The position numbers were made by a program, and so were the translations under genes. From Epiperipatus broadwayi (lineage: Eukaryota > Animalia > Onychophora), in the NCBI GenBank assembly GCA_028023455.1, contig JAQFVV010000006.1, positions 11,098,001-11,162,000 on the forward strand: DNA of 64,000 bases. The letters are read 5' to 3'. Below are positions 38,421 through 52,964 of this stretch, one piece after another. The notes beneath the pieces are model-generated. The model worked only from the letters and a program-made list of their open reading frames with translations, searched no databases and was not told the origin of the DNA. The number at the start of each line of letters is the position of its first letter. Position 1 is the stretch's first letter.

Positions 38421-40939
38421 AACTCTAATCCTAATCCACAATTATATATCTTAGTAACTTCAGTGTTCTGGAATGCATAAAGAGGCTTACTACTCAAAAT
38501 AAAGATTGTTATATGTAAACTAGAGGGAAGTGTTATATGGTTATTACTCATAATACAGATGTTAAAAGGAAGCTGAAGAGTATCATGTGATTGAAGGGGA
38601 TCATGAGACGCTTTATTTGCCAATCTTTTTTAAAGAGTTAAAAATGCTTACAGTTGGTGTATAATTGACCTTAATAAAATATACAGATATTAGATCATCA
38701 TCAACAAGTTTAAAATCTGTGTGTTGGAATTTTAGCTCTAATAATAAGAAAAAATAAAGATAGCTACTGAATGTGTGTGTGTAAATCAGGAGCTCCTCGT
38801 TGATGAAGTCCATTAGACAATGACTACTCTTGGAGATTTGATATACACTACCATTTACAATCCATTGATTACTCAATTTTACAATAGATGGCTCTGGATT
38901 AGAAACAAATAGAGTGGATTAAGCTCTCCATTTTTAAGCTGTCTGAAGAATGTATTTTTAGAGGACCATATATGTTCCGTACCCTAATGCTATTAATCCA
39001 TCGAGCCTTGTAGGTATAGAGGTCCTTATTTCCTTATTGCCTTCTAAGGATTTCCTGAGCATTGTATAGAAAATTGCTGAAAACCATCATATAACCTGAA
39101 CATAAAATTTCTGATAATTAACAATGATAAATTATAGTCACTAATAACATTAATAGTCATAAGTGGAAAATCAATCTCAGTTTGATGAAGTTTTGTCAAT
39201 CAAATGTTTGCCACTGCATGCAAACAGGATCTACTATTCTTGAGCTCAAAAGCACTGTCATTGATCATACAATCAAACTATTATGCACAACAGATGCGAG
39301 TTCAGGCTTAAATTTGAAGCTTGCAAAGACATTAACAAACCTCCTTATATCATTCTCTTTGAGATTTCCTTACAATATCCAGATCAAAGATAAATAGACA
39401 GACATTTTCAGATGTGACCATCCATATCAATGGCTATGAATTGATCGACAAGTGAATGTGTGATATATAACAAGTTTGATAAACTATGCAATAAATGATC
39501 GTGAAATGTTAACCAACACACATTCGATCAGAGAACCCTAAAGGAAATGACATATGATGAATTAAAACCACTGAAATTTTACTAAATTTCACTAATCTAA
39601 TTAGAAAACAATTTCTACAATCAGCATGTGGTAAAGAATAATCTAAAAACGGGTCATTTACAATAATCCTTAATGAGCATAATAGTATATTCTGAGAATT
39701 GACACTCTTAGCGATATTCATAAAATTGCTGAATGCTGAAAAATAATCTTTAGTTCTCACCATCGATAAATAGATATTAAATAGTTCACAATTGTGACTA
39801 CAGAACCAATTAGGAGCAAGTTAAGACAAAATTTTTAACTTTTGCCTTAATAAACTAAAGAAAACATAAAGACCGATGTAATGTTTAAAAATGTCATTTA
39901 CAAAATTGATTACAAAAATGAAAAGTTATATACCTCCCCTCCCCCACTATGGTTACAGCTTCTTATTCTAATTGCAAATCATACGGATAGCAAGCAAATT
40001 CAGTGCAATTGCATAAAGTCATTCTATAAAGAACGTATCTGTGAACATTAATAAAGTACAAGAAAATTACGACGAACCATCCAGAAAAGTGCACTGCGCA
40101 CACTACAAACAGACAAGTTATTTGACAAAAAAATAACACATGTTCATGTGTTAGAGATTGTACATGCTTTAACTAAACTCATATATATGCTATATATGAT
40201 GTGTCCAACCACCATTTAAGTAACATTAACATCAAATCAAAACTGTCAATCTGACAAAATGAGTTCCACTTTAACTACAATATATCTTGCAGAAAATTCT
40301 ATGTGTCAATCAAACAAAATAAATCCCACGTGATCTGCAATCCAATTGCAGACAAAATGTGATTCATTTATCTGACTGATAGTTAGATATGGGTTTCTGC
40401 AAGATGATGATATTATTTATATGGTAATCAGAGAGATCGTTACTCTCCATATATTTATATAATACATCAAGTCATAAATTTTTATATATACTTGCAACTG
40501 AAATAATAGAATATATATATTATCATTATTTCAATCGTTATCGATTCACTGCAGGATGACTACACGTAAACGTTCTTTTTTTTTTTTTTAGGTATTTATA
40601 ATCCTGATGGACAAAGTTAAATTATTGCCCGTATTCCCGAAGGCTGTAAAGTCACTATTCAAGGCAGCAGTTGATGATCAGATGTAGTGAGTACTAAAAT
40701 TCTCCTGACTGCAAACCCAAGTTGCTAGCCAAAGACAATCTTTTACTTAGGTATCTACAAATGCAGATAACTTTCAACTAAAAGAAGAATGCACAAATTG
40801 GAAGAAAAACTATTTAATATTAAATGGGGTGTTATTGTTGAACTTTGTAAATTTAAACGGAAAAAATTAAGAAACAAATGATTTAAAAAGTGGACATGCA
40901 CTGTACTATAAAGACACAAATATTGAAAGGGTATATATA

Positions 40940-41555
40940 TATGAAATAATCCCAGGGCATAATGCTAGTTGAAATTGAAAAATCAAATATTAAATCATTC
41001 TCCAAACATTAAAAAATTTCAGCTACGCCCTTTCTGAATATATATATATATATAACAGTCCAATTCTCAAACAGCTAATCCAAAAAAAAGGTACCTCTTT
41101 GAACTGAAAATTACGAAGACTTATTCAAACAAAGAGCATAAAATTGGTTGTTTGATGTCAGACTTTCATAAGTACTCACAGAGGGCATGGTGGAAATTTC
41201 TTAACATTTGGAGAGTGATTTAATGCTTGATTTTCAATTTCAACTAGCATTATGCTTTGGGATTATGCCTTACATATTTGTGTTGAAAGTTTGCAAAGAT
41301 TAAAATGACTAATATTTAATCTTTCTTTGTGCGTGTATATTAAACATGTTTGTTTATGACCCGTTTAACATCATTGTTTATTTAAATTTCATGCTCTTTC
41401 TTTGAATAAGTCCGTTTTTCAATGTATTAGATAACTGTAGTTTTCAGTTCAAAGAGATACCTTTTTTGGACTGACTGTTTAAGATTCGGACTTTTACATA
41501 TGTATTCACAGAGGGCATAGCTGAAATTTCTTAACATTTGGAGAGGGATTTAAAA
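40940..41555. repeat. Interleaved direct and inverted repeat complex
   Basis: Block A at 40940-41040 (-), 41160-41270 (+) and 41500-41555 (+); block B at 41060-41150 (+) and 41390-41500 (-). Confidence 0.6.
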
Positions 41556-41682
41556 TATATATACATAAATTTAAAACATATGAGTATAAACTGAAACAAT
41601 GCAAATGACTTTTACAATATCTCCCAAATGTCTTTTACTATTATTCTATATTTATCTAATGTATTCTACATTACTTTTTAAA

Positions 41683-42670
41683 TACAGCAATCCCTTGATT
41701 AGTGCGATTAATGAATTCTCCATTTATACCGCATAAAATTGCACTAATCAAATTTAAAATCTATGGGAATAATTATAATGAATCCTAGAAAAAACAAAAA
41801 ATGTAAAACATTTATTTCCTCAAAATGTATAGTACTGAAATACACAATTAATGAATTATTAATTGATTTATTGAAAAAAAAGAATAGATTTAAATTTTAT
41901 TTTTTGGAAAAAAAAAATGTCAGTCAATTGAACAGTCGAAGCTTTTTTCCTCTCATCCATAATTTTGACATAACAATCAATTTGTTTATCTAGCCTTCGA
42001 CAAACATTCAAGCTTCTTTCATCATTTGGATTGATCTCGCAAATGAACTCTTTTGTTTTTTCAAGTGTATTGACTAGTTCTTCAAGTCGTTTGATGGAAA
42101 ATTCTTTAGGATCTTCCATTTCAATCATCAAGGGACTTCTATTTCTAGTGCATTTCATACTTATTGATGCAGATGCCATTTTGCCCTTTTCCCGGTACTC
42201 ATTTGCTTTATTCAAAATGGTGTGTATTGTCAACTCGCCTAAGCCTAGTGTTCTGCTAATGTTAATTTTGCTTTCACCATTATGAAATTGTTTAATAACA
42301 TCAAGTTTAGTATCCAAAGTGATGAGTTTTCATTTAGTCCCTTTTTTGTGTGTTCATGGCTACAAAGGGTAATTTAAAAAGAAGAAAACAATAGGAAAAA
42401 TTTTTTGATGAAAGTAAGCAATAAGCGTGTCGTGTGTCTAGGTAGTTGAAGTACCCGCAACTGTCAAATGCGAGTCTCATGCCTCTATCAAATGCGGATG
42501 GCATCTCTTGTAAGTTGCCAAAAAATTATACCTCTAAGTATTTGCTACTCAAAACAAAGAGCACACTAATCAAATTTTATACCGCATAGTTAAAGGGATG
42601 GTCTCAAAAAATTTTGCGCATTAATTAAAACTGCATTTTTCAAAACTGCACTAATCAAGGGGTTCGTGCA
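41683..42670 (-). mobile_element. Internally deleted Tigger/pogo element with a 149-aa fusion ORF
   Basis: TIRs TACAGCAATCCCTTGATTTAGTGCG and GCACTAATCAAGGGGTTCGTG. ORF 41868-42317 joins a CENP-B-type N-terminal HTH (DTKLDVIKQFHNGESKINISRTLGL...) to the C-terminal tail (KKASTVQLT); no DDE domain. Confidence 0.8.
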
Positions 42671-44180
42671 TTACATTGACTGATTCACATACTAATAATT
42701 ATTATATTTAATAAATACATAAATGATTACCAAGAATTCTTTATTGAATTCAGGGTTACTGCATTTCTTTAAACCTTAGATTCAATCTTTAATTAGAGAA
42801 ACTGCTTCAATCAAAATACATTTTAGAAATCATTTATATTTTTTCCAGCAAATGTAACCATACAATTGACATTTTCACATGAGTAAAAGAAGTTGGTACA
42901 TTGGATGAAGTAAAATAAAATCACACATATGTCAATAATAATACAAATAAAAAATGTAATTGATTTTTAAAAAAATTAACATCTTTATCTAAAATTAAAA
43001 ATATATAATTTCTGATGTCAATGCATGAATGCAGAAAATACAATTATAAATGGATATATATTATAACTTAATTTTTAATGAACATCATAGATGGAAATAT
43101 TTAATAAATGGAGTTTTCCATTTTTTTATTTTTTTAGTTAAAAAATTGCAGTGACATTCTTAGAAAAAAGCAGCCAATCAAGATTACAGACCTTTGGCTG
43201 AGAAAGAGAGTATATGGCCAGTTCTAAGATGCAATCAAAAGGAATTCTCTTTTGATTGCGATTCCTGATGCCATATAAAGTACAGAGCACTGCAGCTAAT
43301 AGATATAAACGTAAGAAATCAAAGCATAATAATTTTACCTATTTCCTTGCTTTGTTACAGATTCCTCCACCAATAAACTAAGTATTACAATTTAATTGTT
43401 ACGGGGCATCGTAAATAAAAATATTTAATAAATGGAGCATTTGTACGTATTTATTGTACAGGTATTACAGAACAATGGCAGGAAAAGCTGACAGAAAAAC
43501 AAAAAAAGGCAAAGCACAGAAAGAGGCATTTGATACAGTTCTACTAATATGAATAGCAATTCATTATATCAGATGTAAATAAGATGCATAAGTATCATTG
43601 GTTAAGATACACAGAGAGGAATATGATGAAAGTTGGCATTCATAAATAATCCAACAAGTCCGCATGAGAAGCATCTCAAAAGTTGTCCTACTGAGAATGT
43701 CCTTGTAATGCTTAATGTGTAAATTGAAATTAAAGACATACTCTTCCCGACTTGTTTCACTTTGAGTGTAGAACTATCATGAAAATACATAGTCATTACA
43801 TACATCCAATTTGATATCTATGGACTTTTTTTGGCTGTGGAGTAAAGAAGAAGATTTTAGGCAGGAAGGCTCATATAGCACGTGAATTGAAAAAATTCAT
43901 CTTGCAAGCACTTATCAACATTGATGACAACTGAAATTTCAATTTTACTGTGAATCACAGTATCAGGAATAGGTTCTAAGAAATCTGACAAAGGATATTA
44001 TTGCAAGTACCTGAGAGACTATATACGATTTGATCAGTTCCTGCGCACATATTTTCTTATCACAAACTTACAATTGTTATATTATTATGAAAGTTATCAA
44101 TATTAATTCTTATTATTATGAAAGTTATCATAAAATAAAAATGACTAAACATTTAAAAATTCAAAAAATATATTACTTAC

Positions 44181-44343
44181 CTCAAGTAATGGAATAACAG
44201 CAAGAATAATAAAAATAAATATCGGTCCAAACACAAACATTGCTAATAGTAATCGGTTAATTTTCCCATAAGGATGATTTAAGGGAATGTGTTTCTCAAC
44301 CCATTGGTAAAATCTGTGTGACAGAGGGCCAAAAATGCAAAGC
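44181..44343 (-). CDS. PXMP2: PXMP2-like exon 3
   Basis: ttgtag acceptor and gtaagt donor, phase 2/0; (G)LCIFGPLSHRFYQWVEKHIPLNHPYGKINRLLLAMFVFGPIFIFIILAVIPLLE. Confidence 0.92.
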
Positions 44344-47246
44344 CTACAATAAAATATCTCAAATTTAGTTTTCATTTACTAACTTCAGATATTATTAATA
44401 ATTTCATAAAAGATATACCATGCCTATGACCTGGATTCAAATTTGAATCAAATAAACTTGGAAACTTTCAACAAGTTTGGGTTTTTTCTTTCAGAAAGTC
44501 AGTTCATAGACAACCCACAACATCAACCAATACATGTCAGAAAATGATATGCCGTTGTTCTTCTGGAATACAAAACGAAAAGCATCTCAAATCCTCATCA
44601 ACCATGCTTTCTCTTTTATTAGTCCTCTAAAAGATTTTTCGATGAGACTTTAACCTTTGTAATGAACTATTTAATGACCATTTTACATTTTAACTTAAAT
44701 ATAAAGGCTAAACCAATAAAATAACCTTTAAATTTCCTACTGCAAATCAAAGCCATTATTAAAAAATATATATGATAAAGAATCCACTATTCACCAGGTG
44801 TGCTAGACGCCAAGTGGTTTTCCATCTCTAAAAATCATTTATCAATCAATTATGAATGGCTAGCTAAGTTGAAAAATCATTTAGTCTACCTGAAAAAAAA
44901 AAATCCCAACTTATTTTGAACCTACAAAAATTTCCACATTTTATTTGAACTGTATTCAACCCAGGTCATCAACATTGTAGGCATGTGCTAATATTAAACC
45001 ATACAGTTTTTATCCACTGTACACATCCTTCTGCAGTAATTACAATTTAAAAATCAGCTTTTCACTTTATTCCAGAGCCATCTATTGTGAGAATATTAAA
45101 TTAAATGCAAGAGAAAATGTTATGTAATGTTTTTTGTTGGTAAAATTACTGTTATTATTAAAAAAAATATTAATTGGATAATATCAGTGTCTTTTTAATG
45201 ATGTCCTAATAACTTCATCAAATTATAAAAATTTAAATATAAATTTGATTAATTTTAAACCCCTGTAAATAAACAATGATTATTAAATATATAATGCTCA
45301 ATATTTATGAAGTAATAATCTTCAAATGTGCATATTGTAATTAAATCATTGGTAATTAAAATCTTTTAGTCATTTTTTTAATTTGCAAAGAATATCTACT
45401 ATATAAATATGTAAAAAAACGATTTTGAATATAAATCTATCTTCTTAGAGCATGAACAATAGTCTGGCCACATTTTCAATCCAGTAAACATTAAGACCAT
45501 CTGTAGTGAACTTGATGACAGAAAGAGAAAGATAAAAGAGGCATGGTTTATTTCTAACAATTCCTATGCAATCAATAAAAAAAATAATAATGTTCAACTA
45601 TTTAAAAAATGGAATATGTAAATTAGCAATTTACATAAAATAAAAGCATCCTGCATCTCATCAGCGCTATGAACCTGGCTTCATTGGCCGTAAGAGCGCT
45701 CAGTTATTGTCGACACGTATATACTGAATGAAACCTCTTTTCAGCCGATGTTCAAAACATTGATATAAATCAATAAATTCTTTCATATATTGTGCACTAA
45801 AAAGTAAAAAAATAATTGTTTCTTCAACACAATTGAGATTTTAATATTTAGGTTGAAATAAAAATATAAGATATCAAGAAATTAATTAATTTCTGGACAT
45901 CTATGCTTTTATTTCATTAATTATAAAATCTCCATTTGTGGTTAAAGAAAATAATTATTTTTTGACTTCTTAGTGCCCAGTAAATAAAAGTATTTATTAT
46001 CAAATATTTTTATATATATTATTTTTAATTTTTTGGTATATTTTTTGCAATTATTCTTATTTAAAACAAAAATAATATTACAATCTATAGTATTTTAAAA
46101 GAAATTTGCAGAATGTTAAAAATCGATGCCAATATCATTTTGTTTATGAAAAGTTTTAAAAAATGAAACCTTTATTAAAGTTAAAAAATAAAATTTTATT
46201 CATTTTAAAAGAAACAACTTTTACAATCAATCGAAATATATTCATTTTTACTTCTGTTTTAATGGATCATTATCACTCTTTGGCTTAACCTTTTTTTAAA
46301 ATTAAAAGCATTAAAACAATATGTCACCCTCTTGTGCACTGAAAACTTATTGAAACGATATCAAAAATCTTTTAAATTTGATCCACTAACTGTCTCAGAT
46401 TATATAAACTACTTGATAATTCCGAAATATTTCATTAACATATTGCATGGTCATTGGTTTCTAACAAGTACAAAATTTTAAAAAAAATCTGTTTGTTAGA
46501 AGAATATTAATCTTCTATAATAAAATGTATTGTAAACAAACAAACAGTTTCTAAATTAAATAAAAGCATTTAAAAAAGACTTATATAGGTAATAGATTAA
46601 AATTTACATTTGAAAGAAATGAAATACTATACTTATGAAAGTGAATTTATTTTCATATGACTGTCAATTATATTGATATGAGATGACATTATTTGCAAAT
46701 AAATTAAAATGACTAGAAGATTTTACATATAAAGCAAGGATGGGGAACCTTTTTTCTGCCAAAGGTCATTTGAATATTTGTAATCTCATTTTGTTTCTTA
46801 CAATCATTTTCCAAAAACTTATATGACCATAATGTTGTCAAAAACTTATAAACACTTAATCTATTGAATTATACATAACTTGAAATAATATATATATATA
46901 TGAATGTCTATGTATTGATAGTATAAGAGGGAAATTGTTTATTTGATGATAGATAGTAGATATAAGAAAGAAAAAGATGAATAAAAAAATATATAATGGA
47001 TGTATACATATGTGTAAATTTATAAAAATAATTTTTATTTTTTCATAATTTATTTCTAATGACAATCACTAGAGACTATGACTAAATTTAAAAATGGCAT
47101 CTTGAGAAGGTTCATTTGTGAATGAAAATCGATTTAATGATATTAAATTAAATCACTTACAAACCAGTGGTCTATTATTTTGAATTCTGTACAATTCAAA
47201 TGATTAAATGTTTATAATCTCATTCGCAGGCTGCACAAAATTATCA

Positions 47247-47505
47247 ACTTAAAAATATGCCTACTATACTTGATCAAAAAATTAATTAGCTCACCTCTGA
47301 TAGAATAAAGTATAATTATTATAAAGTTCGGAGAGAGAAAAAGGATGTTTGAGAAAATAAATATTTAATTTTAATTACTTAAAAATATGCCTACTATACT
47401 TGATCAAAAAATTAATTAGTTTGCCTCTGATAGAATAGAGTATAATTATTATAAAGTTCGGAGAGAGAAAAAGGATGTTTGAGAAAATAAATATTTAATT
47501 TTACT
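47247..47505. repeat. Tandem duplication, 130-bp unit x2
   Basis: ACTTAAAAATATGCCTACTATACTTG at 47247 and 47377. Confidence 0.9.
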
Positions 47506-47569
47506 TAACTCTCAATTTTTTAAATACCAGGTACTCTTACACCTGGAGCCTAATTGTAAATATAGGGAA

Positions 47570-47965
47570 TTTGAACTCATACTTTCAAGCCTTTTCATTA
47601 TCCACACTATCTCATACCACTGATATACATGGGATTTGCAGATTCTATCATCAGATTTTCAATGGTATGGATGGCTGAAGAGTTGGAGGTTGGAGTAGGT
47701 TGAAGCCTGTCCATTAAAGTGTAAGGATTTGCTATCTTAGTATAAACTAAGAACTGATTATATATATGTATGGAAGATGGTAATCTGGACCAATTAGTGA
47801 GTGCTGGATTAGCACGAAATACGGATATTGGTGACTATCTTTTCTGCATGGGTGTGGTCATGTGTATCAGTGGTATGAGGAAGTATGGATAGTAAAGAGG
47901 CTTGAAAGTCTGAGTTCAAACTCCCTATATTTAACTCTTAATTCAGTATTTGTATTTATATTTGC
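47570..47965 (+). repeat. Family B1 copy with a short inverted left piece
   Basis: CTGGACCAA TTAGTGA GTGCT GGATT AGCAC GAAA TACGG ATA TTGG at 47785-47831; inverted piece 47570-47630. Confidence 0.7.
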
Positions 47966-48312
47966 ATGGCACTATGCATGTGTTTATATAGAAGTTTTAT
48001 ACAGATCTATTTTATATATGCTTGTCAAAATATCTGGAGGTCAGATTGAGCGCTTTCGAGGGCGGACAGGCTGGAGATTCCCCACCTGTTATAAAGGATT
48101 ACTATGCATATCTAAAAATTATTACTTCATAAATATTATATAAATTTAAATGGGAAAGTGTAAGTAACTACATAATAAATTAATCAAAAGGTTTATTGTT
48201 CAAGAGTTCATAAAAAATTCAAATGAATTAATGGAGTTGAGTTACAATTTACAGATCTTCAGCTTCAGTGTGTATCGTAATAATACAAATACAAATAAAT
48301 AATTGTACTTAC

Positions 48313-48417
48313 CCAGCTGTAGAATATGCACGAACTGAATCCCAATCTATCTTTCCTTCTTTATTTTTTTTACTCAGTCTTTGAGAAAGATAATTACCCA
48401 AACCCATAGTAAATCCA
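48313..48417 (-). CDS. PXMP2: PXMP2-like exon 2
   Basis: tttttag acceptor and gtaagt donor, phase 2/2; (S)GFTMGLGNYLSQRLSKKNKEGKIDWDSVRAYSTA(G). Confidence 0.9.
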
Positions 48418-48469
48418 CTAAAAAAGAAAGAGAAAAAAAAATTAATGTATACATAAATAAATAACACTT

Positions 48470-48745
48470 TAATATTTGTGGGGAGAACAAACAGGTTATT
48501 AACATCATTGAAAGAATTAAGAGACTCAATAGAAGTTGGGCTGGACATATTGCTAGAAGAGATGATAATAGATGAACGGTTGAAATCTGGATTCCAAGAG
48601 ATTGTAAAAGACCTAGAAAAAGACCACATGTGAGATGGATGGATGAAATGAGGAAGTATGCTGGGAGTGATGTGAAGAAAAAAGGCTAGAGATCAGAGAT
48701 GGATTGAACTTGGAGAGACATTCATAGTTGATGATGATGGTGATT
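48470..48745 (+). mobile_element. RTE LINE 3' fragment with a GAT-rich tail
   Basis: ERIKRLNRSWAGHIARRDDNR*TVEIWIPRDCKRPRKRPHVRWMDEMRKYAG; ends GATGATGATGGTGAT. Confidence 0.75.
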
Positions 48746-49257
48746 TTAACAGAAAGATTTCTCTGAGTAATGTTTATATATTTCCTTACACAGGAAAGAC
48801 TAATAAAATATTATCAAAAGGAACTTTGTTGCATTAAAATATTTACTATTAATTATTTACATGCCAAAAAAAAAAAAAACACAATGGATTATATTTATTT
48901 CCTTTTTATATTTAAATAAACATATAAACAGAACTTCCAAATGTTATCAAAAAATTTTATCAATGCATCCTTGTTTCAAACTCTGGACCATCCTCTCTCA
49001 CTGTACATGTGCTTAATGAATGTTTGTTTATCAACGAATTAGAAGCAATAAAATCATGTTCTCCATGCCGATACTGAAAGTTCAATAAATATATACAAAT
49101 AAAATCATTGTTTATTAACTTTGCATTTTGTAAAATATAAAAAAAGTATATTTATAAAAAGTGGACAGGGGTAGATAATGATCAAATAAAAAAAGTAGTT
49201 ATGGAAATAGAAGAGGAATCAAAAATTATTTAAATTATATAAGAATATATATATATT

Positions 49258-49612
49258 AAAAACATCAGCCCAGTTAATGCATAAATTAACCAATAGAATA
49301 CCAGCAATCTGTTGCCAAGGCAACACTCAGGTAATAAATGAAGATCTTAAATAAACTTTGAATGACAACAATTGAGTTAAACAGGTTGAGATTAAAAAAC
49401 CACCTGGAATTCTCAAACAAACTTCGTTAACTAGGCTGTTTTAATTTCAATGTGTTTAGTCAGTGGCTGTCACTCATGGTCTGTTTAAGATCTTAGACTA
49501 TGATAATAAGTGGATTTCCATGTACTAACAGTGTTGCCTTGACAACAGATTATTGATATTCTATTGGTGAATTTTAAGCATTGGCTGGGTTGATGTGTTT
49601 CCATATAACAAA
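49258..49612. mobile_element. MITE-like element with ~70-bp TIRs
   Basis: CATCAGCCCAGT...CAATCTGTTGCCAAGGCAACACT is mirrored by AGTGTTGCCTTGACAACAGATT...GGCTGGGTTGATG. Confidence 0.65.
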
Positions 49613-52600
49613 TTAGCTATGTGCACTTATGATTTAATATATAATTCAAATTTGCATGCATTTGTTCGTCTGCATAATGAAATGGTTTCTTTATAACCTA
49701 AGGCCAAGTGTATTTTCGGTGAAGTTAGACATGAATAAAATAACACTAATGATGGTTCATTTTATTTGAGCAACAATAAAAAGCCTGATGCCACTAAAAG
49801 GAAACAAACACAGCCTAAGAATTTTGAATGCAAATGTAATTTATGCAAAGAGAGTAAAAAGAAATATAGAATGTTCACTTTTGGAATGTAAAATTCTGAA
49901 AAGACTTTGGATATGATATATAAAAATTGGAAGCATAAAGATGGCAAAAAGAAAGAGGCAAGGATTTTTTGACTTTTGTTTAGATCTTTAAAGTGAGGAC
50001 TGGAAGTAAAAAAAGAATATAGGAACTAATAAATAGCTTTAATTAAAATATAATGGTAGAAAAAAGAAGGGAATATGGTAATCGTAAATTGCAAGAAAGT
50101 AATTGGAGAAATGACTATAGAGTATAAAAATGTATGAGAGGAAGGGAATATTTAACTTGACTGAGGTTTATACAAGCATATAGCCTTCTATGTACAGAAA
50201 CTTGTGATTTTATTTATGGACAATCCATCCCATATCATTTCATACAAAAATATATGCAATGTATATCAATAAACAAAAATATTCATAATTACTAAAATAG
50301 TTAAAAACAAATCATTAAAATTTGTCACAAAACTAAAGATTAAAAATAGTTTGGACATAATCGGTTTAAAAATAAAAAGCAAAAAATAATAAAGTAAAAA
50401 GGAATTTCCTTACATATACAATCAACATGTCACTTTCCCAGAATGCCTTTCTTTAAGTCTGCCCCTCTAATTTGGCATCTCTTACCAATATCTTTATAGA
50501 CATTCCCTTCCATAAGATCATTATTCAACTTCTGTTCTTTATTTCCTTCAATATTTATTCATAAATTCTTCTACATCTTAGCATATGGCCAATTTGAAAA
50601 CGTTTAATTTCTTTAGTTTTTTCAAAAATCTTCCTTCCTCTGCATCTAATACTTTTCAATATTATTATATTTATCTTTATCATTTACATTCAAATCTATA
50701 TCTCTTTTTTTTTCCAATTATCCAAGTTTATACTTTTGTGATGGGTATACCCAATTGTAAGTCTCTTCCTCTCCCCTCTCCACTGTAAAAGAAAAATAAA
50801 AGGGGCATATTTTATCAATGGCAATAACAATGCAATAAACAGATGCGATACCTGCTTTGATATCTCCAAAAGATGGACAACCTGACTCATTTGCATAGCT
50901 TATGTCTAGGACAATCTATTTCCCAGTTTCCAATATGGCTATGCTTATGAGGTGGAGAACCTCAAAAGCACTAAGTCATAACAGAATTATTGATTATTTT
51001 CGTTTTATAGCTTCCGCAAACTGCATATTGTATGCGCTTTGTAAATTATTTTCTTTATTACAAACTGTAGATGGCAGAATAATTTCATTTCTGTACTATA
51101 TTTGCATAGTGGAAAAGAAATGTAGACCTTAACATTTCAACTTTCTTCTTTACTTATTCTTTTATTATATTATCTAATACAAGGGTGGGCAAACTATAAT
51201 CTGCAGTTCGTGTGGCCCGGAATGACAATTTGTGTGGCCCATAGCTCTTGTACAAATACATATATATTTTTAATTTACCAGAGAATCGTTGAATTATATA
51301 AACAAACAATATATGTTTGGTAGCATGTGACAAATCTCTAAATCTACTTGAGTAGTATATGGCTAATTGTAAGATAGGAAGTCTCTTGCATTAAGGAACT
51401 TCAACCCCAACCTCTAAATCCAACACACCTTGAAGAAAGTTCTTTTCCACGATCTCCTATAGTAATCTCATTATTGTGAAAATTCATTGAAAATAAAAAG
51501 ACAGTTTCTAGAATGATCATAATACTTATCTTTATTAGGGGGACCTCATGTATCAGAAAAGACAAATATTTTTTCACATGCAACTTACTAAAGATCTTAC
51601 ACAAGTTCCACAATCAAAAACCTACAGAGATGTCCAACCAAGAGACAGATTCACCAGTGCCTTCATTAAGTACTTCAATTTTGTCATTATATCCATATAT
51701 TTGATAGATATTTACTGTGTGGTACACAGGTTATATTTGACCACTTCTACACAAGTTAGTGGCTATTAAATTATATTTAGGAAGCGGACAAACACAATGA
51801 ACTTGTCCTAAATCTATTGATGAGACTACAATAACGTCTAGGAAGATCAAATCAAACTGGCTTTACTATTGGATCTGGAAAAAAGAAATTTGTTTGGAAC
51901 CTTACAAGAAGTCCATTTTATATGCTGTAATTTTTCATTTGCTTGAAGAGACTCTTCGTTGAAAAATTAGAAAGGAGATCTTGATTTGAGATGAGTTTTA
52001 TATGATGGAATTATATCTTAAATTATTGGCGTGTCTGATTTAACAGCTATTTATATGTCTTCTGTGAGGCAAGTTTTCTTCTAACATCTAATAGAGAATA
52101 ATGTGAAAGAACAGGAAGTCATAAAGGAGTAGATTAAAATAATGAGGCACATGTGAATTGAGAAGCTAGAAGTATTAATAGTTGCAAACAGGACTCTGGA
52201 TTATTTAAAACAGGATATGCATGCTGGTGGTTACTTTGTGATGATTGTGAAACTCCCATGCTCTGCTAAAAATCTGAAAATCATCATCACTGTCTTCCTA
52301 AATTTCAAACCATGCACTGTGAAAGAAATTTTTATATTGAGCGTCTTCTTTATTAGCCTCAAAATGATTACAACGCAAATAACTGATAATTTTTATGTCA
52401 GGAAAATCCCTGTAAGTGATAATGAGAATACTTACAATTTCCTATAATTATTGATTGCAACTTATAACAAAAGCTTTAATCAAACTGTTACATTTTTTAT
52501 TAATTAACCTTTCAAAAAAGAATAATGTCTAAATATGAATTATACACCTCTCTAACACAGATTATAAATCTCACTAACTGAGAAAAATTAATCTTACTCC

Positions 52601-52964
52601 ATCTTTTTTCTTTTTCTTTACAAGCTTTCTCTGTGGCATCTACGAATCAATGAATTCATTTACGTAATTGCATTCTTAAAAGCTTTAGATCTTTCTCTAA
52701 ATTTGCATTTCCTGTATGATCTATAATATACATTAACCCTTCCTATATTTATTTGCATAGTTCGTGATTAACATCAGAGTTAATTCTTTAATAATCTAGC
52801 TTTCTAATTCATATCAGGATTGTACGCTTCATTTAAGATGAATAGATACAAGGTCAACAATTTTTTATATTATAAAACAGTTTACCTCTAGACTGACGAA
52901 ATTTCTTCAAATTCAATTCTCATATAAAATCATTTATATAATAAAAGTTATAGTAATTAATGCT

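Noticed and set aside
39180-39800. Short ORFs of 71-84 aa on both strands
   Set aside because: No recognisable domain, interrupted by stops, and no consistent splice signals.
43600-43810. Possible LINE endonuclease remnants (also 4850-5050) with NAHH-like motifs
   Set aside because: Similarity is limited to a few residues and is too weak to call without a profile search.
45650-45760. CTGATGA on the minus strand as a possible hammerhead or C/D snoRNA
   Set aside because: No GAAA box, stems or matching C/D arrangement.
48418-48629. N-terminal 70 aa of ORF 48309-48629
   Set aside because: It is intron sequence and the antisense of an RTE fragment; only the part after the acceptor at 48418 is exon 2.
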